DNA from: a virus
Lineage: Duplodnaviria; Caudoviricetes
IMG/VR virus record: IMGVR_UViG_3300032224_000176
Span: 1 to 35,917 of that record
DNA: 35,917 bases
Direction: 5' to 3' (one strand)
The position numbers were made by a program, and so were the translations under genes. The notes under the pieces were generated by a model. That model was not told the origin of the DNA. It made no database searches and was given only the letters and a program-made list of their open reading frames with translations. Positions 16,629 to 26,436 of the stretch are shown here, one piece after another. How positions within the stretch are numbered: position 1 is the first letter of the stretch; each line of letters starts with the position of its first letter.

Positions 16629-19600
16629 ATTTCGCCATACCTTTCAAATCAATCCTGCCTTTTTCCTCTGCTTCCGTTGCGGCTTGACGTGATGGTCGTA
16701 GCGCTTTAATAAACACGGGTACGTTCTTTTCAGTCAGCGTGATCCCACGATAAGACTCACCACGTTGCTCTGCACGTTTCTCAATAGAGTCGGTAATATC
16801 ATCAGCCTCCAGCGCATAACTTGGGTATTGGCGATTGAACTTACTAACCTGCTTACTTAAAGTTTTACTAAAGTCCTTGAAGTCTTTGTTGCGGAACTCA
16901 CGATCAAGTCGGTTCAGTAGTTGCGTGCGCTCATTCAAAATCTTTTGTTCAAGGCCGATTACTTTAAAAGTCACGTACTGCGTATTTGCTAGTTGGTCCG
17001 AACGGAAGCCGACTGCTTGAAAAATCAACTGACCTGTTGAAAATGCATCCCTAGACAGTATCTGCGCGCCCTTATTATCTTTTGCCCCTTCCTTCCATAG
17101 GTCGTAAGAAGTCTTGAAGTTACGGAATCCTGCAGGTAGCGCACGGCTAACACCTTTATCGTAGTCACCCTGTTGGAACGCTTCAAATGCCTCAAACCAA
17201 GACAAGATCATATTTGCAGAGGGGCCAGCTTTCTCTAACGCCAAAGCCATCGCGCCTTCTCTAACAGTCTTAGACTCTTTAGTGTCCCGTAGCCATATGT
17301 TATTAAGACTTGTACGGCCCGCAATATCTAAACCCGTCACAGCATTAGCTATACCACGATCAACAATATCAGACAACTTCTTGCCACCTATGCGTGTACC
17401 GCCAAGTTGCTCTTCCAACCAAACAGTACGGAACCATAATTCAAAACTAATGTTTTTAAGGTCTTTAGGCCAGTCATCATCACCGCGCATTTTTTCCCAC
17501 GCCGCGCCAATCAAGCCCATGATAGTGCTAAACATAGGTAGACCCGATGCACCAGCAAGAACAAACGTAGTACCCAAAGTTCCAAAAAACTTTTTGATCG
17601 CCTCTTCACGTGTTTTGCCCGCCATAGGCTTAATCATTTCCATGAAGTTTCTAAGCAAATACAAAGTCACATGCAACGGGTACATCATGAACTGAGTCAA
17701 GACTTTGCCAACGGCATTCTTCATAAACAGTGGTCGGTTGTATTGACCATAGTTACCCAGAGCTTCGTTAGTATCCATAACTGCTTGGTCCACTGCCGCA
17801 TTGTGTGCTTCAGCGGGAGTCATGCTACCTTTAGCCATCATTTCACGGTTCAAACGGTACGAAGCCAAGAACATCATCTCGCGTGAAATGCGCTCAGTGG
17901 AATGCATCAAACCACCCAACACAAGTACGTCAACTGTCTCTTTGCCAAACGATACAATTGGGCCGCTTCGTTTATCGGTCGGCGTAGCTTTGTAATCAAA
18001 AATTGAACTTGCGTATGTAGATGTAGCTACATCACGAGACAACATATCACGGATGGCCCTGCGCTCATCTGGAGTCATATCTTTTGCGTACTCTACAGAA
18101 GGGGCAACCCAAGACTTACTGCCGTCAGGATTATTTTTGTACACACCAAACTGACCCCACATCTTAATCATGCGGCCCATTTCACGGGAAGCGCCAATAG
18201 AACCATACTTCCATAGCACCGGCATACCGGTCTGAAACAAGCTTAAGGGTTGCAACAAAGCTGAAGATGCGCCACCTAAATACCAAATGAATGATGCTTT
18301 ATTAAGTGCCCCGGCAATTTTTTTACCCGCATCATCTTTAATATACCCAAGCTCATCGGTAACCCTGCGTTCCATTTCTGCAACAAATGGTGTATACCGT
18401 GGGCGGTTCTCAATAGAATCTCGCGCCGCCGACAACGAAGTGCGAAGCAATGGTGCGTATTTAATACGAGCAAGCTGAGTAGCCATCTTAGTTGTGGTGT
18501 GAGCCACGTTGCGCAACAAGTCAGGACGGAAACCTGTAACACCCTTACGATGAATAAACTGTTTGCGGAAACTTTGGTCAGGCATTGCTTGCAAGTAAAC
18601 TTGATACACCGCATCTTTCAGCTTGTCTTTAGAGTCGGCATCACCCAAGTTAGAGCTATCAATTACATCGAAAATTTCACGCAGTAGCGCGGAACTGTCT
18701 GAAGAAATACGACGCAACGAACTGATGTCGTTGTCATATGTAAACTCTTTGTCAGTCAATAACTCTTCAAGGTTTTCGGCACGGCGTTTTTGGAACGCAC
18801 CCCAAGACTCACCGGGTTTTTGTTTAACACGCTCGTCGGCAAAGGCTTGCATTGCATTGTCGCGCTCAGCCATACTTTCGAACATAAAAAATTTACGTGT
18901 CTTCCCTTTGCCAATAGCCAACCAATAGTCACCCTCACGAACAAGCGGGAAGTATGGACTGATCTTGCCACCCTGCTCATAAATCGACCTGATCTTCTTC
19001 ATCAAATTGGCCTTTTGAGCAATCGACATATTGGATGTTGTAATCTGGTCATCCAACAGTTTGGTGAAGTAAGCCGACAACCTTTCAAAGTGCTGTTTGA
19101 TCTGCACAAATAAACGTTGGCCTTCAACACCCAAGTCGGCGTACTGTTTGTCAAGGCTAGCGCTACGTTCATCTGCTGATGGGTTAGAGGGGTCAACCTC
19201 TGCTAACGTAGACTCAAACGCAATCTGGTCTAATTTGGCACGCAAGGTTTTATCTGCACGGAACGCACGATCAATACTGTCAACCAACTCACCGGAAGAC
19301 TTGAGGAACTGAAGCGTCATGCCGTTCATTTTTTGTAGCAGCACGTTTGTGTGTACTAGTTCGGGCACCGCATTAGCGGCCCACTGTGTCAAGAAGTCTG
19401 TAGTAGGTAGACGCACTAACGCATTACGTTGATAGTAATTTAGGCGGTTCCATAAAGCACGGAGCGCGGGGATAACTTGTTTGGGGTCCTGCGCCATCTG
19501 GAGCAACGACACACCTTTAGCAAACTTGTCACCTTTAACCGACTCACTAAACTGCTCGCCAACTTCGGCGACTTTTTTGTCAACTTCTTTTTGACTCCTT

Positions 19601-22600
19601 AGCGAGCCTCTGACTGCTTCAGTTTCGTTATCATCTCCGCTGTCGTCGATGACTTCTCCAGTATCTTCAGTGCCTTCGCCAGTGATTGCTGATAGGCTGG
19701 ATCGCCCTTCTCCTGTTTGGCTAATGCTTCCCATTGACTTAGGAGCACTTTCATCTGAGATTTCTTCGGCGCTAGCGTCTTTGAAGCGGTTTCCACGAGG
19801 TTTGAGATTTCCACTTTTGAACTCCTTTTCTAAGTATCTAAATATGTCGATGTTGGCTGCAATGTGGTCTGTCAGAGCTTTCTGCACCTGACGCATGTCA
19901 AAGCCGGGGAAGACTTCCAACAATACCATAATCTTCTGCATTTCAGAAGGGAACTCAGCTCCATGGTTGCGCACCTTAAAGTGAGCTAGCTCATGAATCA
20001 TTGTGCCTATCATAGAAAGTGCGATCTCTTGCGGCGTTCCAGATAAGTTGGTAACAGATGGGTTAATGAACATGCCTTTAAACGGCAACATTACGTTGAC
20101 ACCGTAATACTGGTTGTCAATACTAGTACCGATTACTTGCGTAGCTAGATCACCGTATTCACCACGTCCGGCGGCAATCAAAGCATTGCGCAGATACAGG
20201 AATGTTTGGCCAACACCAGCCAAATACTTATCGTAAGCAACACCAAATTTGTTTCTCGCAGCATCAGATAGCGACATGTCAGGGGGCAGCTCACCGGCCT
20301 CCTGCATTTTTTTAGCCAGACCCTCCATTTGTTCGTCGGCATACTCTACCTGATCGTTAAAAGCAACGTATTCATTTTTGCTATTAACTGTTACCTGCCA
20401 ACCTAATTTAGTTAATAGCTTTCTTAGCTTGCTTGGGTCAGTTGGGGTGGTAACGCTAATTGTGTTGTCATGAATCATGACCCGATCAGGGTCAAGTTCG
20501 TTCTGCGGAATAGTCAATTCGTCGATACGCACTGACACATTCTTCAAGTCATCGTTTGTAAGCTCTGGAATCTGGCGGTTGTTGACATACAGCACGCCAT
20601 CTTTAACCTCAACTTTGTCGCCGGGTTTGATAAGCGTAAACGCAGTGTCTGTTAGTGGGGTTTTAGGTTCAAGAATTTCTTTAGCCGACAGTGTTCCATC
20701 AGGATTAACATACTGCACATCACCAAAGTTTCTGATACCCGCAGCCAAGTCTAACTGGCTATAGATCGCAGTTATGTAGTTTGCAATTTTGTTAAAGTCT
20801 GCCTGTGCCACCTTGGAGAAACCTTGACGGTTTAACTCAAATGGGTAGCCAGCATCTTCAGGTTTGACACGCGGGTCTGGGGAAACATCAATAAAGAAGT
20901 TTCGTTTAATTTCTTCACCTTCCCAACCCGGCCTATCTTTAAGCGCTACATCAAACTGCCACAACCCATTTGAAAGAACATGCGCGTTCTTACGGGGGTA
21001 GTACTTTTGATCCATCTTGTTTTTGGATACATATATACGAGCAACGCCCCATGCAAAGCGCACATTAGCAAAAGACGTGTATTCATTCGCTGGGAAGTTG
21101 GAACCAATTGGTAATGTATTATTACCATAGCCGTCGTTAAACGTAACTTCAATATCGTCAAACAAAGGGCTTTCTGTAAGTACAGGGGCAGTTTCTAAAT
21201 AGTACGTTTGGAAAGAAATGTCTTTTACGTCACCTGTTGATTCGTCTACGTATGTTTCTGGAATCTGCACAGTTACAGCCGTGCCGTGCCCATCTGGGAA
21301 TAGTTCATTTGTGTACTTTTCTACAACATCGGGGTCAGTTGTAGTTGTAATAGTCGGCCCACGATCTGGGTCATCAAGAGCGGCTTTCAAATCATCGCCC
21401 GTTGTAACCATGCGAGAAACAACACCATCGCGCAGTGATACAACTTCCAACTGCTTGTTCTCAAACAAAAACAACATCTTGGCTACGCCGAGGCCGCCTG
21501 AAGCGCGTGTAGTACCTTTGACTGTACCAGCAATCTGCAAGAACTGATTACCCATCACGCTAGTCGGCATGCCGGGGCCGTTGTCAATAATTTTAATCGT
21601 ACGTTTACTTGAGTCTATAGATACATTAATCTTGCCTTTGGTAAGCTGACCTTTTTCAATTGCTTCTTTAATAGCATCGAATGAATTTTGGAACAGCTCT
21701 TTGATTGAGACTTTTGCAATATCGTCAGGTGTGCCGTACAGTTTGTTGCCGAGCATCTTAGCCAAGCGTTGCACGTTGGCGCTTGGCTTAGCTTTGATTT
21801 CCTGATCGCCCTTTTTACCAAACCCAAAGATCGAGCTACTTGCTGATTCTTCGGGGAGTACAGCTTGCGATATGTTCCCACTACCAATTAAATACGTACC
21901 TTGGTTGTACACAGATTTAACTTGGGTGTTTGAAAATGCAACAATTTCGCTAAGCTCGCCGTCACGACCGTACTGCATGATGCCGTCGTAACCTTGGGCC
22001 ATGGCGCGGGTCATCACTTGCTTACCAATGTAGCCCTTTTCCTCGTATGCTTTTTCTACAATGCTTTCGGCTTTACTTTCGGCAACACCAAGACGCACTA
22101 AAGCTTCAACCATTGGGTCTCTTATTAACCCATTTATGATTAGCGGGTTCTTAATTGACACATAAGCGGGGATAATGTTTGCCCCAGCAAGATTTTTTGG
22201 TGCGTATTGATTAGCGTACTCTGTGGATGGGGTTAGGTATATGCCAGCACCAAGAGCGCCTTCAGGGGACATCTTAAATGTAATTATGTTTTTGGTAGTG
22301 CCGTGGTAAACAACTAATGGATTACCCTCTTTGTCCACAACTTTACTGTCACCAAACCAATTTCTAAAGGCATCTGTAATTGTGCTGACCACCTCACCAC
22401 TAAGTCTAGCCCATGCAGGTGTACGTGAAGACAAGAGCTTGTCGGTAACGATAATCAAGTCGGTCATCGCGTTGGTATCATCATCGCTCATACCAAACAA
22501 ATCACGGAGGCCATTAACAAATCGGTTAAAGAATGGTGTGTCTTCCTCATACCCGTGCGCTTGTAACAGGAAGCCCTGCATTGCAGGGTCAGTCATGCCG

Positions 22601-25600
22601 TATGCAACGAACTCACGTGGGTCGTCAAAGATTTCACCATGAGACGCAAGCACGCTCATCTCTTTAGTCAACGTGCCGTTAGCCGACAACTCATTGAACA
22701 ACGTACCCGCACTGTTCATAGTGCGAATCAAATCTTGGGCAGCACGGACTACAGCCGAGTTGGTGTTAAGGCCCTTTTGAATCATTGCGTAAGCTAAAGC
22801 CAACTTGCGGTTTGTAGCCGCATGCAACAACTCATGCATAATCGTGGTGTTATTAACGCCTTGGTCTACACCAAACGAAGCACCGCGAACGTAGATTACT
22901 TTGTCGCCAGTCCTGTAGTTCTCAATGTACAGAGCGATTGAACGGTCCCACTGCTGAGCGTTCTTTGTTTTCTTCAGTTGTTCTGGAAGCTCATCACCTT
23001 TTTCAATCACAACAAACTTTACGCCGTTGACAAACCCACGAAGTCGCTTGCCTAACTTCTGTTGAAAAAGATCACCTGTCTTAATAATGTGAGACAAAGC
23101 TTGAACACCAGTCTTGAACTTACTGAATGTGCTGTCGGCTTTACCCTTAGCAATAGTCACTGCACTGGACGGGCCAGTTTTAGTTGCAGCCATGCCAGCT
23201 TGAATATCAGCCTTTTCTTTTGCAGTAATGCTTGGATGGTTAAGCGCCTCTTTAATCCTTGTGCTTACTGCTGTACCACGAAGGTTAGGAGACTGTTGTA
23301 ATTTAAACAACTCTTTAATTAGTTCGCGCTTTTCGTCGCGGCGTTTTTGCTCAGCTTCTTTAACCTCATCATCGTTTGCATAGATGGATTCGTCCATCGG
23401 CTGAGCCAGCTTGTTCAACGCCTTGGTAATGCGTGTGACTGCATCGTCGGCGCGCTTTTTCTCAGCTTGAACGGGTTTATTACCCTCGCGTTTTTGTTTA
23501 CGTTCTTCTTCGGTTAAAACGGCAGGGCGGCCGACTGGCTTACCTGTAGCTCTTGAGGCTCTTGGTTTCTTTTGTCCTTGCGTTTTTGCTTGCTTGGTTT
23601 CAGTGGTTTGAGTGCCAACTCCGGCTCCTGTGGTTTGAATCGAGGTAATAGCGTTGCCAACGTGCGTGTTTGCTGTGCCGTCTGGCTCATATCGTTTTTC
23701 AACTGGGTGCAGTCCAACTTGTGGTTGTGTATTAGCTTTGTACACGCCAACAATTTGATTATCTTTTTTGTTGACAACAATAACAGTTGGTTGTGCGCCT
23801 TCAGGTATTTCTGAAACGTTCTGAATTGGCGTGAATTTAAAATCTTGAATGTATCCAAGGCGCACAGAGTTACCACCCATGCCCCCTTGCATATCGCTCA
23901 AAATTTCGTTATTGTCACCGGGGCTTACATATAGCGCCGTATGGGGGGCGTAAGTTGTACCTTGCCCAGCACCTTCAGATTTTTTGGTACGTGAAGTTTT
24001 ACCTTCAGAGTCAACTGTGTACTCACTACCTTTAGCTGTCGTAAAACTTACTATTCCCCCTGTGGTTATATCTTCGCCAAAACGACGTTTATATTCCCAA
24101 GATGCGGCGCTAGCAATGTCTGCTCGGTCGTTATTTTTTCCGTAGTTATAAGATTCGATGAGCCCCTCTTTAGAAACATAAAGGGGGTTTATAATATTTG
24201 TGATTGCCTTAACAAGCGGGTTGTCTACACCTACTCTACCTTGGTCTTCTTCCGCTTTTCTAAGTTCACCACCTTCTACTGTCAATCTGCGATACACAGA
24301 CCGGTGTAGGGCGTTTTCAATTTCATCGTCTACTGCAGTGGACTGTGTTGTTTCTCCAGACGTAGCTGCTGTAGTAGTCTGTCCAGTAGATACCACTCCG
24401 CTTGTGTCAATGTTTCCAACTCCTGTGGTGGTGGGCACTGTACTGGGCTGTCTAGCCACTCTAGTGCTTTTTCGACTTGTTTTACCGATAGGTTGTCCAG
24501 CATTTTTTTTCTCCTCCCTAGCTTGCTTAGCAGCAAGTTTGGCTTCTTTTTCCTGTTCTTTAAAAAGCGCATCGGCTTCGGCTTCTTCTCTAGCTTGTTG
24601 GAATGCTTTTAATATAGCTCGTTGTGGGTCTTCACCTGCGGCAATAAGGTCTTGGGCAATTTGACTTACTCTATCTGAAGGTACTTGAGTAGCCAGACGT
24701 TTGGATTGCTCTGCGTTCTTTTTCTCCTGTTCAACAACTTCGGCTTCAGCCATCTGACGCGCATCTTCATCAGGAACACCGGTTGCAGCAATTTCAGCCG
24801 TGCGTTTATTAACTTCTCGCTCACGTTCTTCAGCAGTGGTAACCTTTTCCGGGTTGAACTCATCTAAGGGAGTAAAAGTAAATTGCCGTTCATCACCGGG
24901 CCGAGTAGTTCCAACGTCACCAAGGTCTCCTTGTCCTTGCTCCTGACGCTGCTGTCTTTGTTGTTTGGCCAAAAATCCTTTGGACTGCGCAAGCAGTTGA
25001 GAGATACCTTCGTAGCTTTCATCCCGTTGGTAGGCGCCTTCGCGTGGACCCGTGAATGCTTCAAGTTTTTGGCGAGTCTCAGGGGACACCATTGGACTAA
25101 TTGCTTGCGCCCCGTACTGTGCTGTTTTTGTGGCTGCTATCGTACCGCCAGCTGTTGCTCCAGCTTGAAGGATTGTTTGGCGTAGGGTTTCTTCCAACTG
25201 CTGGTACAGACCTAAAAGGCTTGGGTTTTTATTTATGCCGATTCCGGGAAGGATGTCAATTCCATATTGAGTCAGCGTAGTTGCCATCTCAGGGGGGATC
25301 TCGTGCATTAAAGCTTTTGCCATATACTCGGGTATACCGCGCACGCCATTCTTAGCGATATAACCTTTTAGCCCAGCCAACGCCTTAGTCATACCGAAGC
25401 GTTCAAAGATTACCTCGGCAGCAGCCATTGGTATTGCACGTGCTGTAGCAGCCTCACCAGATAAACCAGCGGCACGGCCTTCACTATAGGAATCACCAAA
25501 TTGTTGGATTGCGGCTTGCGCCAAGACAGGGGCGGCGGTACCAGTAAAAGCACTCAAAGCAAGAAAAGGCGCTTGAGTTCCCAAGCTTGTCATCGCACCT

Positions 25601-26436
25601 TGCGCGGAACGCTCAAAAATAGATTTGCCTTCGGGAATAGCTTTGCCCCGTGCGTCTTCAATACGCCGAGCGCTTATCAAGTCTTTACTAAATTGATCGT
25701 CACCAGTCAGGTCAGCGTAAGCGCTAAGTAAGCCAAGACCAGCTTTTGTGTATTCTGAAGTAACACCAGAACCAACACGCTTCCAAAATCCCGCATCTTC
25801 CAATTCTTCCGCACGTTTTGCAGCTTCAGCCGCAGCTTGTTCACCAACAACATCGCGGTTTAATTGTTGGAAATCTGGCTTGATACGCCCTTGTAGAGCT
25901 TGTAGTTTTGCTTGACCCTCGGCAATTTCAGGGCGTAGACCTTGGTCAATAAATCGTTGGGTCTGGACTTCTAAGCGTGGATCAGTGTATTCTCTAGCCT
26001 TCTTGGACTGGACTTTGTCTAGGGCCTCATATCGCCCAGCAATTGCACGAGCTGCACGACCATATACGTCAGAACGCTCAACTAACTTAGCTAACGCGGC
26101 TTGGCGTTGCTCTGGTGGTACAGCATTTAATTGAGCTTGGACAGCGTCGACAAACTCAGGACGGATAACATATTTGTCTTCGGTAGGTAGGGGGGCGGGC
26201 ATCTCCTGCCCTTGTAATACGCTTTGTTTTTTAGGCGTGGGTTTGCCCAAAGCAATCTGATCTAAACCAGTTCCCTCTATAGAACCAAAGTCGTAGTCGC
26301 CTTCAAGGTTAGGTTTGACTTTGGGCTTAGCTTTAAGTTCAGGCTTTTCCAGCGGGGTGAAAGTTAAACCTTCTGCTTCGTTCCCCCCGTCTGGTTTTGC
26401 TTCATTGTCTGTTTCAGAAAGGGGTACGAATTTCAT
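16627..26436 (-). CDS. giant polyvalent (putative ejected/internal virion) protein: zincin + ART-like + GHKL ATPase + zincin + PLxRFG-like
   Basis: MHELLH; FRNWFGDSKVVD...VYHGT...GIYLT...GYDG...EIVAF; KELFQNSFDA...DNGPGM...GGLGVAK; IHELAH; YFPLVREG; terminal position after pilot-like genes. Confidence 0.8.
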   Translation of the reverse strand: MKFVPLSETDNEAKPDGGNEAEGLTFTPLEKPELKAKPKVKPNLEGDYDFGSIEGTGLDQIALGKPTPKKQSVLQGQEMPAPLPTEDKYVIRPEFVDAVQAQLNAVPPEQRQAALAKLVERSDVYGRAARAIAGRYEALDKVQSKKAREYTDPRLEVQTQRFIDQGLRPEIAEGQAKLQALQGRIKPDFQQLNRDVVGEQAAAEAAKRAEELEDAGFWKRVGSGVTSEYTKAGLGLLSAYADLTGDDQFSKDLISARRIEDARGKAIPEGKSIFERSAQGAMTSLGTQAPFLALSAFTGTAAPVLAQAAIQQFGDSYSEGRAAGLSGEAATARAIPMAAAEVIFERFGMTKALAGLKGYIAKNGVRGIPEYMAKALMHEIPPEMATTLTQYGIDILPGIGINKNPSLLGLYQQLEETLRQTILQAGATAGGTIAATKTAQYGAQAISPMVSPETRQKLEAFTGPREGAYQRDESYEGISQLLAQSKGFLAKQQRQQRQEQGQGDLGDVGTTRPGDERQFTFTPLDEFNPEKVTTAEEREREVNKRTAEIAATGVPDEDARQMAEAEVVEQEKKNAEQSKRLATQVPSDRVSQIAQDLIAAGEDPQRAILKAFQQAREEAEADALFKEQEKEAKLAAKQAREEKKNAGQPIGKTSRKSTRVARQPSTVPTTTGVGNIDTSGVVSTGQTTTAATSGETTQSTAVDDEIENALHRSVYRRLTVEGGELRKAEEDQGRVGVDNPLVKAITNIINPLYVSKEGLIESYNYGKNNDRADIASAASWEYKRRFGEDITTGGIVSFTTAKGSEYTVDSEGKTSRTKKSEGAGQGTTYAPHTALYVSPGDNNEILSDMQGGMGGNSVRLGYIQDFKFTPIQNVSEIPEGAQPTVIVVNKKDNQIVGVYKANTQPQVGLHPVEKRYEPDGTANTHVGNAITSIQTTGAGVGTQTTETKQAKTQGQKKPRASRATGKPVGRPAVLTEEERKQKREGNKPVQAEKKRADDAVTRITKALNKLAQPMDESIYANDDEVKEAEQKRRDEKRELIKELFKLQQSPNLRGTAVSTRIKEALNHPSITAKEKADIQAGMAATKTGPSSAVTIAKGKADSTFSKFKTGVQALSHIIKTGDLFQQKLGKRLRGFVNGVKFVVIEKGDELPEQLKKTKNAQQWDRSIALYIENYRTGDKVIYVRGASFGVDQGVNNTTIMHELLHAATNRKLALAYAMIQKGLNTNSAVVRAAQDLIRTMNSAGTLFNELSANGTLTKEMSVLASHGEIFDDPREFVAYGMTDPAMQGFLLQAHGYEEDTPFFNRFVNGLRDLFGMSDDDTNAMTDLIIVTDKLLSSRTPAWARLSGEVVSTITDAFRNWFGDSKVVDKEGNPLVVYHGTTKNIITFKMSPEGALGAGIYLTPSTEYANQYAPKNLAGANIIPAYVSIKNPLIINGLIRDPMVEALVRLGVAESKAESIVEKAYEEKGYIGKQVMTRAMAQGYDGIMQYGRDGELSEIVAFSNTQVKSVYNQGTYLIGSGNISQAVLPEESASSSIFGFGKKGDQEIKAKPSANVQRLAKMLGNKLYGTPDDIAKVSIKELFQNSFDAIKEAIEKGQLTKGKINVSIDSSKRTIKIIDNGPGMPTSVMGNQFLQIAGTVKGTTRASGGLGVAKMLFLFENKQLEVVSLRDGVVSRMVTTGDDLKAALDDPDRGPTITTTTDPDVVEKYTNELFPDGHGTAVTVQIPETYVDESTGDVKDISFQTYYLETAPVLTESPLFDDIEVTFNDGYGNNTLPIGSNFPANEYTSFANVRFAWGVARIYVSKNKMDQKYYPRKNAHVLSNGLWQFDVALKDRPGWEGEEIKRNFFIDVSPDPRVKPEDAGYPFELNRQGFSKVAQADFNKIANYITAIYSQLDLAAGIRNFGDVQYVNPDGTLSAKEILEPKTPLTDTAFTLIKPGDKVEVKDGVLYVNNRQIPELTNDDLKNVSVRIDELTIPQNELDPDRVMIHDNTISVTTPTDPSKLRKLLTKLGWQVTVNSKNEYVAFNDQVEYADEQMEGLAKKMQEAGELPPDMSLSDAARNKFGVAYDKYLAGVGQTFLYLRNALIAAGRGEYGDLATQVIGTSIDNQYYGVNVMLPFKGMFINPSVTNLSGTPQEIALSMIGTMIHELAHFKVRNHGAEFPSEMQKIMVLLEVFPGFDMRQVQKALTDHIAANIDIFRYLEKEFKSGNLKPRGNRFKDASAEEISDESAPKSMGSISQTGEGRSSLSAITGEGTEDTGEVIDDSGDDNETEAVRGSLRSQKEVDKKVAEVGEQFSESVKGDKFAKGVSLLQMAQDPKQVIPALRALWNRLNYYQRNALVRLPTTDFLTQWAANAVPELVHTNVLLQKMNGMTLQFLKSSGELVDSIDRAFRADKTLRAKLDQIAFESTLAEVDPSNPSADERSASLDKQYADLGVEGQRLFVQIKQHFERLSAYFTKLLDDQITTSNMSIAQKANLMKKIRSIYEQGGKISPYFPLVREGDYWLAIGKGKTRKFFMFESMAERDNAMQAFADERVKQKPGESWGAFQKRRAENLEELLTDKEFTYDNDISSLRRISSDSSALLREIFDVIDSSNLGDADSKDKLKDAVYQVYLQAMPDQSFRKQFIHRKGVTGFRPDLLRNVAHTTTKMATQLARIKYAPLLRTSLSAARDSIENRPRYTPFVAEMERRVTDELGYIKDDAGKKIAGALNKASFIWYLGGASSALLQPLSLFQTGMPVLWKYGSIGASREMGRMIKMWGQFGVYKNNPDGSKSWVAPSVEYAKDMTPDERRAIRDMLSRDVATSTYASSIFDYKATPTDKRSGPIVSFGKETVDVLVLGGLMHSTERISREMMFLASYRLNREMMAKGSMTPAEAHNAAVDQAVMDTNEALGNYGQYNRPLFMKNAVGKVLTQFMMYPLHVTLYLLRNFMEMIKPMAGKTREEAIKKFFGTLGTTFVLAGASGLPMFSTIMGLIGAAWEKMRGDDDWPKDLKNISFELWFRTVWLEEQLGGTRIGGKKLSDIVDRGIANAVTGLDIAGRTSLNNIWLRDTKESKTVREGAMALALEKAGPSANMILSWFEAFEAFQQGDYDKGVSRALPAGFRNFKTSYDLWKEGAKDNKGAQILSRDAFSTGQLIFQAVGFRSDQLANTQYVTFKVIGLEQKILNERTQLLNRLDREFRNKDFKDFSKTLSKQVSKFNRQYPSYALEADDITDSIEKRAEQRGESYRGITLTEKNVPVFIKALRPSRQAATEAEEKGRIDLKGMAK
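19599..19814 (-). CDS. candidate nested (+1 frame) small protein, 71 aa
   Basis: AAGGAG 7 nt before GTG; helical-looking LLSQWEALAKQEKGDPAYQQSLAKALKILEK; host frame is a low-complexity linker. Confidence 0.35.
   Translation of the reverse strand: MEISNLVETASKTLAPKKSQMKVLLSQWEALAKQEKGDPAYQQSLAKALKILEKSSTTAEMITKLKQSEAR
24330..24503 (-). CDS. candidate nested (+1 frame) small protein, 57 aa
   Basis: GGGAGGAG 7 nt before ATG; MLDNLSVKQVEKALEWLDSPVQCPPPQELETLTQAEWYLLDRLLQQLRLEKQHSPLQ; host frame is a T/S/G-rich linker. Confidence 0.55.
   Translation of the reverse strand: MLDNLSVKQVEKALEWLDSPVQCPPPQELETLTQAEWYLLDRLLQQLRLEKQHSPLQ

Noticed and set aside
23052-23065. CTAACTTCTGTTGA, a 12/14 match to the early palindrome inside the giant gene
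   Set aside because: The right half-site is broken and the copy is isolated; plausible by chance.
16627-26436. N4-like virion RNA polymerase (similar size)
   Set aside because: I found no recognisable single-subunit RNAP catalytic motifs; the visible motifs are zincin, ART-like and GHKL.
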